NCBI GenBank assembly: GCA_963752345.1
Contig: CAVVYA010000002.1
Location: forward strand, 62,046-126,045
DNA: 64,000 bases
Direction of reading: 5' to 3'
Source: an uncultured Alphaproteobacteria bacterium
GTDB lineage: Bacteria; Pseudomonadota; Alphaproteobacteria; SMXQ01
A program made the translations under genes and the position numbers. Under the pieces are notes generated by a model. That model did not search any database. It saw only the letters and a list, made by a program, of their open reading frames with translations, and was not told the DNA's origin. Positions 9,457 through 20,374 of the stretch are shown in pieces (position 1 is the first letter of the stretch; each line of letters opens with the position of its first letter).

Positions 9457-11109
9457 TCACTTTGTCCCGTAATCCCGGCTCACGGCTTCGGGCGTGGCGG
9501 CGCCCTCGGCCTGGTCGCGGGCCAGCGCCGCGCGGTCGCGCTCGCGCGGCTCGCCATAGCCGCCGCCGCCCGCGCTTTCGAGCAGGAAGCGCTCGCCGGC
9601 CTTCATCTCGAACCGGCCGGAGGCGGGGGTGAGCGTTTCGTCGGGCTGGCCCAGGCGGATGACGAAGCGGCTGGCGCGCCCCGGCTTGCCGCCGGCCAGG
9701 CCATTGGGCGGGAACCTGGCGCGGTCGTAGCGCCGGATCACGGTGGCATCTTCGAGCAACTCGTATTCGCGGCGGAAGCTCAGGCCGCCGCGCCACCGGC
9801 CGGCGCCGCCGAAATCGGCGATCATTTCGAAGCGGGTGACGCGGCACGGGTATTCCAATTCGAGGATCTCGATCGGCGTGACGTGCAGGTTGCTCAAGTG
9901 AGTCGCCGTTGCCGAGGCGCCGTCGTGGCCCTGGCCGCCGCCGTAGGCCGAGCCGAGGATTTCGTATTGCATGTTCGACTGGCCGGCGCGGCCCTTGCTC
10001 CAGGCGATGCTGAGAGCGCCCGACGAGCCGGCGTTGGCGGCGGCGCGCGCCGGGTGGAAATGGGCCAGCGCCTCGAGGATCACGTCGACCAGCTTGAGAT
10101 TGACCATTTGGTAGCTGGAAACCGGCGCGGGCGCCTCGGCATTGGTGATGGTGCGCGGCGCATAGGTGAAGCGCACCACGTCGCGCATGCCGTCGTTGGA
10201 CTGCAGATCGGGCCCGAGCGCGCCGATCAGCGAATAGAACACGCAGGCCTCGACCATGGAAGGCCGCAGATTGATCGGTCCCTTGGCCTGCGGGTCGCTC
10301 TGGGTGAAATCGAACGCGGCGATGCCGTCCTTGATGGTCACCGTACAGGCGAGCTTGACCGGCTTGTCGAGCACGATGCCGTCGGTATCGACGAAGCCTT
10401 CGGCGGACGCGCTGCCTTCCGGCAGTTTGGCGATGGCGGTGCGCAGTTCGTCCGCCGCACCTTGAAGAATGGCGGCGAATGAGTCGGTGACGGTCTTGGC
10501 GCCGAAGCGCTGGCACAGTTCGCCAACGCGCGTCGCCCCGATGCGGGTCACGGCGATCTGGGCGCGCACGTCGCCGCGCACCAATTCGGGCTGCCGGCTG
10601 TTGGCGAGGATCAGCCGTTCGATGTCGGGCAGTTCGCGGCCGGCGTCCCAGATCTTGATCGGCGGCACGAGCAGCCCTTCATGGAAAATTTCCGTGGCGC
10701 TCGCCGATGTCGAGCCCGGCATCGTGCCGCCGATATCGGCTTTGTGGGCGATCGAGCCCGAGAAGGCGACGAGCTCGCCATTGGCGAATACCGGCGCCAC
10801 GAAGGCCATGTCGGAAACGTGGGGCAGCCCGCCCTCGTAAGGGTGGTTACAGACGAACACGTCGCCGTCTTTCAGATTGCCGTCGCCGTACAGCTCGAGA
10901 ATTCTTCCGACCAGGTGGCGATAGACCGGCGCGTGGAAGAACATCGGCGGGGCGACGATCAGCCGGCCGTCGCGGTCGAGGATGACGCAACTGAAATCGC
11001 GCAATTCGCGGATGATGGTGGAATAGCCCGAGCGATAGAAATGATAGTGCATCTCGTCGACCAGGCTGGCGATCTTGTTGCGCAGGATCTGGATGGTGAC
11101 GGCGTCCAT
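9457..11109 (-). CDS. hyuB: Hydantoinase B / oxoprolinase family protein (HyuB-like)
   Basis: Start MDAVTIQILRN at ATG 11107-11109 with RBS GAGGGGTGA. Hydantoinase_B-family sequence throughout. The 1043-aa six-frame ORF is rejected because its N-terminus is Arg/Gly junk. Confidence 0.85.
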   Translation of the reverse strand: MDAVTIQILRNKIASLVDEMHYHFYRSGYSTIIRELRDFSCVILDRDGRLIVAPPMFFHAPVYRHLVGRILELYGDGNLKDGDVFVCNHPYEGGLPHVSDMAFVAPVFANGELVAFSGSIAHKADIGGTMPGSTSASATEIFHEGLLVPPIKIWDAGRELPDIERLILANSRQPELVRGDVRAQIAVTRIGATRVGELCQRFGAKTVTDSFAAILQGAADELRTAIAKLPEGSASAEGFVDTDGIVLDKPVKLACTVTIKDGIAAFDFTQSDPQAKGPINLRPSMVEACVFYSLIGALGPDLQSNDGMRDVVRFTYAPRTITNAEAPAPVSSYQMVNLKLVDVILEALAHFHPARAAANAGSSGALSIAWSKGRAGQSNMQYEILGSAYGGGQGHDGASATATHLSNLHVTPIEILELEYPCRVTRFEMIADFGGAGRWRGGLSFRREYELLEDATVIRRYDRARFPPNGLAGGKPGRASRFVIRLGQPDETLTPASGRFEMKAGERFLLESAGGGGYGEPRERDRAALARDQAEGAATPEAVSRDYGTK

Positions 11110-11111
11110 GC

Positions 11112-13205
11112 TCACCCCTCCCGTTCCAGGATCAGGTTGCGGTAGGCATCCACCCGCGCGCTCCAATGGGCCGGAATGACCGTCGTCGCATCGAACTGCT
11201 CGACGATGGCCGGACCATAAATCTCGGTCCCGATGTGCAGCTTGTCGCGCTCGTAGAGCTTGGCCGGCGTGGCGGTCTGGCCCTCGAAATAGACGTTGCG
11301 CGTGCCCTTCGCCGCATCCTGGGCATTGCGGATGGTGCCGGGCGGTTCGGCGATGGGCTGGTATTTCGGCACGGCGACGCGCACGCGCAACCGGTAGCTC
11401 ACCAGTTCCACCGGTTTCTCCTGCGCGGCATGGCCATGGATCTGGGCGTGGCGCTCGTCGAAGCGGGCGCGTGCATCGACCAGCGACCGGGCCTCCAGCC
11501 GACCCTCGTAGAGCCCGTCGAGCGGCGTGCGCAGCTCGTAGCCCTGGCCGGTGTAGCGCAGGTCGAGCTCGCGCAGGAACTGCGCGTGTCCGTCGCTCAT
11601 GCCTTCGGAGGCGAGAGCCTCGCGCGCCTTGGCCTCCAGTTCGCGGAAGATCGCCTCCGCGTGCTCCGGCGTCAGCGCGGCGAGCGGCTGCAGTTCCGAG
11701 CGGATGTAGTCGTGCACCACGTCGGTGCAGAGCAGGCCGAGCGCGGAGAAGGCACCGGGGCGCGCCGGCACCAGGATGCGGCGCATGCCGAGCTCCTCTG
11801 CCACCGCCGCCGCATGGACCGCGCCGGCGCCGCCGAATGGCAGCAGGGTGAAGGCCGACAGATCGACGCCGCGCTTGGCGGCGAACACGCGCACCTCGTC
11901 GGCCATGCGCATGTCGACGATGCGGCGGATGCCGGCTGCGGCCTGCAGCACGCTCAGGTTCAGCGGCTTGGCGATATGGCGTTCGAGCGCGGCATGGGAC
12001 GCCTGGGCATCCAGCGTCTGCGTGCCGCCGAGAAAATACGCGGGATTGAGGAAGCCGCAAACCACGTCGGCGTCGGTCACGGCCGGCTGGCTGCCGCCGC
12101 GGCCGTAGCAGGCGGGGCCGGGGTCGGCGCCGGCGCTCTGCGGCCCGACAGTGAGGAAGCCGCCGTTGTCGATCGCGGCGATCGAACCGCCGCCGGCCGA
12201 GATGGTGGTCATGTCGAGCGCCGGCACATCGAGCTGGCGCCGCGCGATGGTGCCTTCGGTCACCTCCAGCGGCACGCCGCCTTCGATGAAGGCGATGTCG
12301 CAGCTCGTGCCGCCCATGTCGAGGGTGACCAGCCCGCTCATCGCCTCGTCCTTGGCGAGATAGGCGCTCGCCTGGGCGCCGGCCGCCGGTCCGGAGAACA
12401 GGGTATGCACGGTCTTGCCGCCGGCGATTGCGGCGGCGAAGGGCATGACGCCGCCGTTCGACTGCATGAGGAAGCGCTGGTGGGTATGGATGTCGGCCGC
12501 GTCGAGCCCCTTGCTCAGATGGTCGATGTAGCGCACCAGCACCGGCTCGAGATAGGCGTTGAGCAGGGTGGTCGACAGACGCGGCCATTCGCGGATGCGC
12601 GGCAGCACCTCGCTCGAGATCGAGACGGAGACGCCGGGGAATTCCGCCAGGATGATGCGGCGCGTCTCCTCCTCATGGGCCGGGTTCATGAAGGAGAACA
12701 GGTAGCAGACGGCGATGGATTGCACGCCCGCATCCTTCAGCGCGCGCGCCGCCTGCCGCACCGCGTCGCGGTCGAGCGGCAATAACACTTTGCCCGAGAA
12801 ATCCGAACGCTCTGGAATTTCCTTGGTCAGGCTCTGCGGCGCGATGGGCCTCGGCTTCTCGTAGAAATAGTCGAACGGGTTGCCGTCGCGTGCCTGGTTC
12901 TGGGTCTCCTGCACCGCGCGGTAGCCCTTGGTGATGAGCAGGCCGACCTTGGCGCCGCGCATTTCCAGGAGTGCGTTGGTGGTGATGGTGGTGCCGTGGG
13001 CGAAGAAACCGATCTCGTCGGGGTTTACGCCGCGGGCGATGAACTTCGCGACACCGTCGAGCACGCCGAGCGCCGGATTCTTCGGCGTGCTCGCCACCTT
13101 CTCGACCATGAGCGTGCCGCTCTCCGCGTCGAGCAGCACCAGGTCGGTGTGGGTGCCGCCCACGTCGACGCCGAGCCGGTAACGCGGACCACCGAGGATC
13201 GCCAT
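11112..13205 (-). CDS. hyuA: Hydantoinase A / oxoprolinase family protein (HyuA-like)
   Basis: MAILGGPRYRLGVDVGGTHTD has the actin-like ATPase N-motif. 697 aa. The stop lies 2 bp before the hyuB ATG. Confidence 0.85.
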   Translation of the reverse strand: MAILGGPRYRLGVDVGGTHTDLVLLDAESGTLMVEKVASTPKNPALGVLDGVAKFIARGVNPDEIGFFAHGTTITTNALLEMRGAKVGLLITKGYRAVQETQNQARDGNPFDYFYEKPRPIAPQSLTKEIPERSDFSGKVLLPLDRDAVRQAARALKDAGVQSIAVCYLFSFMNPAHEEETRRIILAEFPGVSVSISSEVLPRIREWPRLSTTLLNAYLEPVLVRYIDHLSKGLDAADIHTHQRFLMQSNGGVMPFAAAIAGGKTVHTLFSGPAAGAQASAYLAKDEAMSGLVTLDMGGTSCDIAFIEGGVPLEVTEGTIARRQLDVPALDMTTISAGGGSIAAIDNGGFLTVGPQSAGADPGPACYGRGGSQPAVTDADVVCGFLNPAYFLGGTQTLDAQASHAALERHIAKPLNLSVLQAAAGIRRIVDMRMADEVRVFAAKRGVDLSAFTLLPFGGAGAVHAAAVAEELGMRRILVPARPGAFSALGLLCTDVVHDYIRSELQPLAALTPEHAEAIFRELEAKAREALASEGMSDGHAQFLRELDLRYTGQGYELRTPLDGLYEGRLEARSLVDARARFDERHAQIHGHAAQEKPVELVSYRLRVRVAVPKYQPIAEPPGTIRNAQDAAKGTRNVYFEGQTATPAKLYERDKLHIGTEIYGPAIVEQFDATTVIPAHWSARVDAYRNLILEREG

Positions 13206-13206
13206 C

Positions 13207-15412
13207 CTATTGCTTGTCTCCTCCCCGCAGAATCACCAGCGCATCGAGCGCGATGCCGCCCTTGCCCTTGGGCAGGGCGACGAACGGGTTGACGTCGATC
13301 GATTCGATGACGTCGCCGAGGTCGAGCGCAATGCGCGACAGCGCCACCAGCGCCTTGACCACGGCCTTGCGGTCATAGGGGCCGGCGCCGCGGTAACCGT
13401 CGAGCAGCTTGGCCGCCTTGGTGCGGCCGATCAGCGCGTCGGCCGCCGCCGCGTCGGTCACCGGCCTGGAGAAGGCGACGTCCTTGTAGAGCTCGAGATT
13501 GACGCCGCCGCTGCCGACCATGACCACCGGGCCGACCTCCGGATCGCGCGTCATGCCGAGCACCAGCTCGATGCCGCCGGTCACCTGCTGGGCGATCAGC
13601 ATGCCCTCGACCGTGGCGCTGCGTTTGTAGCGTCGCACGTTCTTGAGGATCGTGTCGTAGCCCTTGCGCACGGCGGCCGGTGAATCGAGGCCGAGCAGCA
13701 CGGCGCCAGCGTCGGACTTATGGGTGATCTCTTCCGAAATCGCTTTCAATACCACCGGAAAGCCGATGGCCTTGGCCTCGCGCGCCGCGGCGGCCGGGCT
13801 TTCCGCCACCGCTTCCTTCGGCGGCTTGATGCCATAGGCCTTGAGCAGCGCCTTCGACTCGACCTCGGTCAGCGCGCGGGCCGCGCCCGACTGACCGGCG
13901 ATCTTGCGGATGCGCTGGGCGATGGCGGGCGGCTTGCCAGCCGTCGTGCGTGGCGCTTTCGTGGCAGCCGCCTTGCGCGCCGCATAGTCGGTCACATTGC
14001 GAATGGTGCGCAGGGTCTTGTCCGGTTCCTGCAGGAAGGGCAGGTGGGGCAGTTCGGCGTGTAGTTGGCGGCTGTGATCGGACAGGCCGTAGGAGATCAT
14101 GCTGACATAGGAAATCGGCTTGCCGCCCTCGGCGTTCTCCCGCGCCGCGATCTTCTCCACCTCGCGCAGGTTGCTGGTCTTGCGCTCGGCGCCTTCGGGC
14201 GCGCGCGGCAGCTCTTCCTGCAGCAGCACGATATCGATGCCCGGGTCGGCCAGCATGGCCTCGACGCAATCGAGGTAGGCCTGCTGGCTCGACAGCGCCG
14301 CGAAGCCGGAATCGAGCGGGTTGCCGACGATGCTGCCGACGCCGAGGATCCTGGACAGCTTGTCGCGCGTCTGCGGCGCGAGCTCGGCGAACTTGAGGCC
14401 GTTGTTGGACGCCGCGTCGAGCAACAGGCCGCGCAATCCGCCCGAGAAGGTCACCGCGCCGAGCCCGGCGCCCTTGGGCAGCCGCGCATAGACGAAATAC
14501 TCGACCAGTTCGACCACCTCGTCCATGTTGCGCGCGCGCACCACGCCGGCGGCGCCCGCCACCGCGTCGAATGCCTCCATGGCGCCGGCCAAGGCACCCG
14601 TATGGGCCATGGCGGCCGCGCGGCCCTCCGCCGAAGCGCCGAGCTTCATCACCACGACCGGTTTGCCGGCCTCGCGCGCGTCGCGGCACGCGGAAAGGAA
14701 CGCGTCCGCGTCATGGATCGATTCGAGATAGGAGACGATGACCTTGGTCTGCGGGTCGGCGGCGAAATAGCGGATGTAATCGGCATTGGTCAGGCCGGTC
14801 TCGTTGCCGCTGGTGATGATATAGCCGACATCGCAGCCGCGCTCTTCCAGCGTGCGCTTGATCGCCATCAGCAGGCCGCCAGACTGGCCGATGATCGCCA
14901 CGCCGCCCGCGGTCACGCGCTGCGGCCGGTCGTCCGGCATGGTGACCAAGTGGGCGGCGGCCGAGATATTGCCGAGGCAGTTGGGGCCCGACACGGCGAT
15001 GCCGGTTTCCTCGATCACCCGGCGCAGCTCGGCGGCGACCGCCTTGCCTGCGCCGCCCTCGGCCTCCTCGAAGCCCGAGCTGATGATGGTGGCGCTGCGC
15101 GCGCCGGCCTGGGCGGCCTCGCGCAGGCTCGCCGGCACGGCGGCCGCGGGCACCAGCACGACGATGTGGTCGGGCTTCTCCGGCAGGTCGCCATAAGCGC
15201 GATAGCATTTCACGTCCCACACCGTGTCGCGGCCCGGGATTCATCGGGAAGATCTTTCCCGGAAAGCTGTAGCGCTGCAGGTTGCGGAACACCCGCGTGG
15301 TCCACGAGCCCGGCTTGTCGGTGGCGCCGAGGATCACGACGTTGCGCGGGTTGAGCAGCGCCGCGACCTTGTCGTTGTTGTTCTTGGTTGCCGGCTTGTT
15401 GGTTCCCCACAT
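13207..15412 (-). CDS. ADP-forming acyl-CoA synthetase (acetate--CoA ligase [ADP-forming] family); frameshifted by a 1-bp insertion in CCCGGG at 15233-15238 in this sequence
   Basis: The CoA-binding N-terminus (MWGTNKPATKNN...NVVILGATDKPGSWTTRVFRNLQRYSFPGKIFPMNPG) is in one frame (ORF 14711..15571). The rest (DTVWDVKCYRAYGDLP..., succinyl-CoA-ligase-like and ATP-grasp domains) is in ORF 13207..15222. The span length is 3n+1. Confidence 0.7.
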
Positions 15413-15444
15413 GGGTGCGCTTCCTCCAGAATGTTCTGCTCTTG

Positions 15445-17177
15445 TCATTGACTGTAGGCGTCCGACGCGCTGCGCCGCGACAGGACGTAGAAGATAAAGG
15501 CGATGACGGTCATCAGGGCGGTCCACGACAGGCCGAGCGCCGCGAGCTCGGTGCCCTGGCCGTTGCTCCACATGTCGAACATGGCGACCGCCATGGTCTG
15601 CGAATTGGGTCCGGCGAGCAGGATCGGCAGCGACAGCACGCGCGCGGCGAGCAGGAAGATGAACAGCCAGCCGGCGAAGATGGCGGGCGCCAGCAGCGGC
15701 GCGATGACGCGGCGCAGCGTCGTCAGGGGCGTGGCGCCGGCGACGCTGGCGGCTTCCTCGAGCTCGTTATGGATCTGCAGCACGCCGGTGTAGCTGTAGC
15801 GCATGCCGTAGGGCAGGTAGCGCACGACGAAGGCGATGATCAGAATCCACACCGTGCCGTAAATCTTGAACGGCAGCGCCAGGGCGACCTGCATGATGGC
15901 GACGCCGAGCACGATGCCCGGGAAGATCAGCGGCGCGCTGGCGAGCTGGTCGAGCACGGCGCCGCCGGGCCGCCGCCGCGCGGCGATCCAGCCGGCAAGC
16001 AGGGTGAGCGCCATGGTGATGGTGGCGGCCGCCGCGGCGACGAACACCGTGTTCCACGCCAGGCCGAAATAGAGGCCGGAGGCGAACACGGCGCGATAGT
16101 TCTCGAACGAGAGCAGCGACAGGGCCTTGACCGAGAAGGTCTGATAGAACGGCAGCAGCGAGGCCCAGACCAGCACCAGGGTCGGCAGGCCGAGCACCAG
16201 CAGGAAATTCACCAGGATGATGGCGCCCGCGAGGAGGCGGCCCTTGCCGAGGTCGAAGGCGCGCGGGCGGAAGCCCTTGCCGGTCACCGTATGGTAGCGC
16301 TCGGCGTGTTTCGAGATGCGGCCGTAGAAATAGAGCAGCACGCCGACGACGACGAGCAGCACGCTGGCGAAGGCGCTGGCATAGCCGAGGTCGGGCGGCA
16401 CGCGGCCGCGGATCTCGAGGAAGATGTCGGTGGTCAGCACATGCACGCGGCCCGGAATGCCGACCAGGGCGGGCACCTCGAACGCCTCGATGGCGCGGAT
16501 GAACACCAGCATGGCGAGCGCCAGCAGGGCCGGCATCGCCATCTTGAAGGTGACGCGGCGGAAGGTCTGCCAGACGCCGGCGCCCGACATGCGCGCGGCT
16601 TCCTCGAGCTCCGGGTTGGCCGCGCGGAAGGTCGCCGAAAGCAGCAGGAAGACGAGGGGCGACCACAGGAAGCCCTCGATCATGATCATGCCGCCCAGGG
16701 AATAGACGTTGAACAGCAGGTCCGTGCTGCCGGTCAGATTGCGGTAGGTGGCATTGAGCGGCCCGGCCCGGCCGAGCAGGAACAGCCAGGCGCTGACATA
16801 GAGCACGTAGGGCGTGCCGAGCGAGATGATGGTGGTGAGATAGGCGAGCGGCTTGAACGGTGCGTTGGTGCGCTCGACCAGCCAGGCGAGCAGCCCGCCG
16901 AACAGCAGCGCCACGACCGCGCTGCCGATGGCGAACAGGACAGGAGTTGATGGCGCTGCTGATCAGCCGCGCGTCTTCCGCCAAGCGCGCGTAGTAGCGT
17001 CCGGTGAAGGGGCCGAGCGAGCCGTCGAGCCTGTTGACGAAGAAGCTGCCCTGGACCAGGAACCACAGCGGCGGGATCACCAGCAATCCGATGGCCAGGA
17101 TGAGCAGCAGCGTGCCGGAGCGCCGGCAGCGGCAGGCGGGCGAGCAGGCCCGGCCGCCGGGTCTGCTCGGCCGCCAT
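15445..17177 (-). CDS. ABC transporter permease, fused double permease domain (FbpB/ThiP-type); two apparent frameshifts (~16921-16936 and ~17110-17125)
   Basis: The body of the protein (about 489 aa) reads continuously in ORF 15445..16914 and shows many TM helices. The segment RLISSAINS is in the neighbouring frame (ORF 15767..17086). The probable ATG at 17175-17177 (MAAEQTRRPGLLARL) is in a third frame. The span length is 3n+2. Confidence 0.55.
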
Positions 17178-17203
17178 GCCGGCGGCGGAGGGAAGCGCTT
17201 GGG

Positions 17204-18278
17204 TCACGCGGGGTTACGCAACGCCGGGCAGGGGATCAGCGGAACAGCTTGGTCGGAGATCTTCTTCCATTCCGGCAGTTTCTCGCCGAGCGTTTCCGGC
17301 GTGAAGACATTGACCTTGAACTTGCCGCCTTCGGGCGTCAGCTCCGGCTCGCGCGGCTTCACATTGGGATGCACCGGCAGATAGTCGGCGGCCTCGAACA
17401 GCTTCTGGCCTTCCTCGGAGACCATGTAGTCGATCAGCAGCTTGCCGGCGTTCGGATGCTGAGCGTCCTTGGTGAGGGAGACGACGCTGAGCGTCGCCGT
17501 CACCGGCTCCATGGCGATCCAGGTCACAGGCGCGCCTTTCTTGGCGCTGATCACCGCGTGATGGTTGAAGATCTGCAGGGCGATGGGGAATTCGCCGGCG
17601 ATCGCCTGGTCGAGCAACTGGCGCGCGCTGACGTCCATGTTGACGATCTTCTGGCCGGCGAGCTTCTTCAGGTAGTCCATGCCCTTCTGCTCGCCCATGG
17701 TGGTCAGCACATTGCCGACGAAGCCCGGGCGCGCCCGAGCTCGACATCGACGAATTCCACGCCAGCTTGCCGCGCCATTTCGGGTCGAGCAGATCCTCGA
17801 AGCTCTTCGGCGCGTCCTTGAGCGGCACCAGGTCCGTGTTGATGCCGGGCGTCATGTAATAGGCGTGGGTCGCGACCCACTGCTGGTCCTTGTCGACGAA
17901 CTGCGGCCCCAGCGCCTTGGCGCCGTCGGGCACGTATTTGGCGACCAGGCCGGCTTCCTTGAGCGGCGGCGTCGCGCTGGTGCCGTCGAACAGGTCGGCC
18001 TGCACCTTGCCGGCGCGCGCCTCGTTGATGATCTTGAGCGCCGTATCGGAGGCATTGGCGCGCACATACTGCACCTTGATGCCGTATTTCTTCTCGAAGT
18101 TGTCGGCGAGCGGGCGGACGAGCTGATTGACGATGACCGTGGTGTACCAGACGACCTCGCCCTCCTTCTTGGCGGCGTCGATCAGCGCCTGGTCGGCCGC
18201 GCCGGCGGGCAGGCTGAAGGCGAGGAGGGTGCCGAAGGCGAGGGCGGATGCGGCAAGCCGCGGGCGTGTGCAAGGCAT
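17204..18278 (-). CDS. ABC transporter periplasmic substrate-binding protein, Fe3+-type (AfuA/FbpA-like); frameshift by a 1-bp insertion at CCCGGG 17724-17729
   Basis: Signal peptide MPCTRPRLAASALAFGTLLAFSLPAGAADQ. EVVWYTT...FEKKYGIKVQYVRANASD is typical of the family. After the frameshift the C-terminal part continues as GFVGNVLTTMGEQKGMDYL... in ORF 17204..17710. Confidence 0.7.
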
Positions 18279-18483
18279 GGCGGGACTCCCTGAGGCTCTT
18301 CTGTGGCTTGCCGGTTCCGGCTTTGCCCATTGTTCGTTTCCGTGAGTTTCGCCCGCCCGGGCGGCCCAGTCAACGCGCCCCGGGAAAATCGCGAAAAGCG
18401 GTGCTCCATCGGGCTTGACCGCCGCCGTGGAATGGCGAAATCTGACCTGAGACACCATTGCCGTATCGCCCAGGAGTTTCGCC

Positions 18484-18687
18484 ATGCCCATCCCGACGCA
18501 GACCGTGCAGGTCCAGTTGCGCGACTATCAGCTCTCGTTCCTCGAGGAGATGATGGCGAAATACAAGATCCCGGACCAGGGCAAGGCGCTCCGCGTGCTG
18601 CTCGACTACGCGGTGCAGGACGCCGACCTCGACCTGGTGTTCGACAAGAAAAACATGCGCTGCATCGCCTGCGGCGGCGCGGTCTAG
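18484..18687 (+). CDS. Small hypothetical protein, possible ribbon-helix-helix (CopG/antitoxin-like) fold
   Basis: AGGAG RBS, high GC3. The pattern is a beta-strand (TVQVQLRDY) followed by two helices (LSFLEEMMAKYKI, DQGKALRVLLDYA). Confidence 0.5.
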   Translation: MPIPTQTVQVQLRDYQLSFLEEMMAKYKIPDQGKALRVLLDYAVQDADLDLVFDKKNMRCIACGGAV

Positions 18688-18739
18688 GTCGTCACTCGCA
18701 CATGACGGACTGATGCGGGCATCCTCCCCCTCACCCCGA

Positions 18740-18761
18740 CCCTCTCCCGCAAGGGAGAGGG
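18740..18761. repeat. C-rich/G-rich hairpin repeat (CCCTCTCCC-GCAA-GGGAGAGGG), member of a recurring family
   Basis: Perfect 9-bp inverted repeat. It is preceded by tcaccccgaccc, as in the copies at 18993, 23902 and 24021. Confidence 0.6.
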
Positions 18762-18858
18762 TGGCAATTGGACGTGCGGGGCGCAGATCTTGGAAAGCGC
18801 GTCAAAATCGCCGAACATCCGTGGCTCGAACGAGCGACCCCAAGCGCACTATTTTCAC

Positions 18859-18952
18859 CCGTCATGGCCCGATTTGGTCGGGCCATCCACGTTCTTCTTC
18901 TCTCATCCAACAGGAAAGTCGTGGATGGCCCGACCAAATCGGGCCATGACGG
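18859..18952. repeat. Compound REP-like palindromic element: perfect 33-bp inverted repeats separated by 28 bp
   Basis: ccgtcatggcccgatttggtcgggccatccacg ... cgtggatggcccgaccaaatcgggccatgacgg. Each arm also contains its own internal hairpin. Confidence 0.75.
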
Positions 18953-18992
18953 TGAGAGGGGCCAGCGTTCAGCCTTTCACAACCTGAGAACC

Positions 18993-19015
18993 CCCTCCCC
19001 CTCGATGGGGGAGGG
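18993..19015. repeat. C-rich/G-rich hairpin repeat (CCCTCCCCC-TCGA-GGGGGAGGG)
   Basis: Perfect 9-bp inverted repeat of the same family as 18740, 23902 and 24021. Confidence 0.6.
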
Positions 19016-19026
19016 CTGGGGTGGGG

Positions 19027-20107
19027 GTGCTCAGCGGTTCGTCGCAGCATCGCTGCGCTCTTGCTCGCTCTTCATCCGCACAGCGCTTTCGCCGCCGATT
19101 TGCAGCCGCCGTTCGACATGGCCGCGCGGCGCGAGTTGCGCGGCGGTCCGCTCGGCGTCTTCAGTTGCGGCGCGCCGCCCAAGCCGGTGCGCGACCTGCG
19201 GTTCGACGGTTATTACGCGGACCGCGGTTCCGGCTCCAGCGTGGTCGATCAGCAGGCGGAGAAGGCCTATCGCGAGGCGACCCAGGCCATCGCCCAATAC
19301 GAGGCCGCGCTGACGAAAATGTCCGACCGCTACGTGGCGAGCAAGCCGGCGGACGCGCAGCCCGCCGCCTGCGTGCTCGACTGGCTCGCCGAATGGGCGG
19401 CCGCCGGCGCGATGCTGGGCGAGGCGAGCCAGCAGGGCGGCTTCGTGCGCAAATGGGGCTTGGCGCCGGTCTCGGCTTCCTATCTCAAGATCCGCGACGA
19501 ACCCGGCCTCGATGGGGCGAAGAAGCGGGCCGTCGAGCAATGGATCGGGCGCTGGGCGCGCGTCGTGCGCGACGACTACAACCCGACGAAATTGGAAAGC
19601 CGGCGCAACAATCACGTCTATTGGGCGGCCTGGTCGGTCGGGCTCGCCGCCGTCGTGCTCGATGACAGATCGCTGTTCGACTGGTCGATGGAAAAGGCGC
19701 GTATCGGGTTGAAACAGGTCACGCCCGAAGGCACGCTGCCGCTCGAAATGGCGCGCAAGGCGCGTGCCTACCATTACCATGCGTTTTCCGCCGCTCCCTT
19801 GGTGCTGACCGCCGAACTCGCGGCGCGCAACGGCGTCGATCTCTATGCCGACAATGGCGGCGCGCTGCGGCGGCTGGTGACGCGGACGATCGCCGGTTTC
19901 ACCGACGATTCGTATTTCGCCCAGGCGGCCAACGTGAAGCAGGACCGCAGCGGGTCGAGCAAGGGTCCGCACGTCGCGTGGCTCGAAGCGTATTATGCGC
20001 GCACCGGCGATGGCGCGGCCGCGCCGATCATCCGCCAGTTCCGTCCCATGAGCGAGCGTCGGCTCGGCGGCGACATGACGCTGCTCTACGGCGCCGACCT
20101 CCCGTAA
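19027..20107 (+). CDS. Alginate-lyase-family protein (PL5/AlgL-like, NNHxYW motif), secreted; probable 1-bp insertion near 19033-19038 disrupts the signal-peptide region
   Basis: NNHVYWAAWSV hallmark motif. The uninterrupted frame carries a signal peptide (RRSIAALLLALHPHSAFA-AD) but has no in-frame ATG or GTG. A GTG at 19027 with a GGAGG upstream joins that frame after a 1-bp correction. Confidence 0.6.
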
Positions 20108-20195
20108 GACCATGATTGCGCGCGTCCGCCGATCCGGCCGGAACCGTTGATACCGCACATCGTTGATAGGCAGAGGCTGAACGCAGGAGGATTCC

Positions 20196-20348
20196 ATGCG
20201 CCTGTTTTTGCTCGCCCTTGCCACCGCCGCGTCGCTCGCGCTCACCGCGTGCGGCAGCGATGACAAGACCGTGGTGGTGCCGCCCGGCGGAACCGCGGTG
20301 ATCGAAGACGGCAACGCCAAGGTTTGCCCCGCCGGCCAGACCTGCTGA
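20196..20348 (+). CDS. Small lipoprotein (50 aa)
   Basis: AGGAGG RBS 5 nt before the ATG. MRLFLLALATAASLALTACGSDD has a lipobox. High GC3. Two C-terminal Cys residues. Below the ORF-track size cutoff. Confidence 0.55.
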   Translation: MRLFLLALATAASLALTACGSDDKTVVVPPGGTAVIEDGNAKVCPAGQTC

Positions 20349-20374
20349 CGCAACCCATTTATTCAGGAGACGAT

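Noticed and set aside
9457-12588. 1043-aa ORF spanning hyuB and overlapping hyuA
   Set aside because: Its N-terminal ~490 aa is Arg/Gly/Pro junk read from the hyuA region in another frame. The conserved HyuB sequence begins at MDAVTIQ (ATG 11107-11109) with an RBS, 2 bp after the hyuA stop.
18279-18483. TPP riboswitch or Fur/Irr box upstream of the ABC binding-protein and permease operon
   Set aside because: No convincing CUGAGA/GGGG TPP core, and no Fur-box or ICE-like palindrome, on the minus-strand leader.
19021-19665. 214-aa ORF in an alternative frame over the alginate-lyase 5' region, and ORF 18768..19313
   Set aside because: Arg-rich low-complexity products overlap a gene with a clear family motif (NNHVYW) in another frame.
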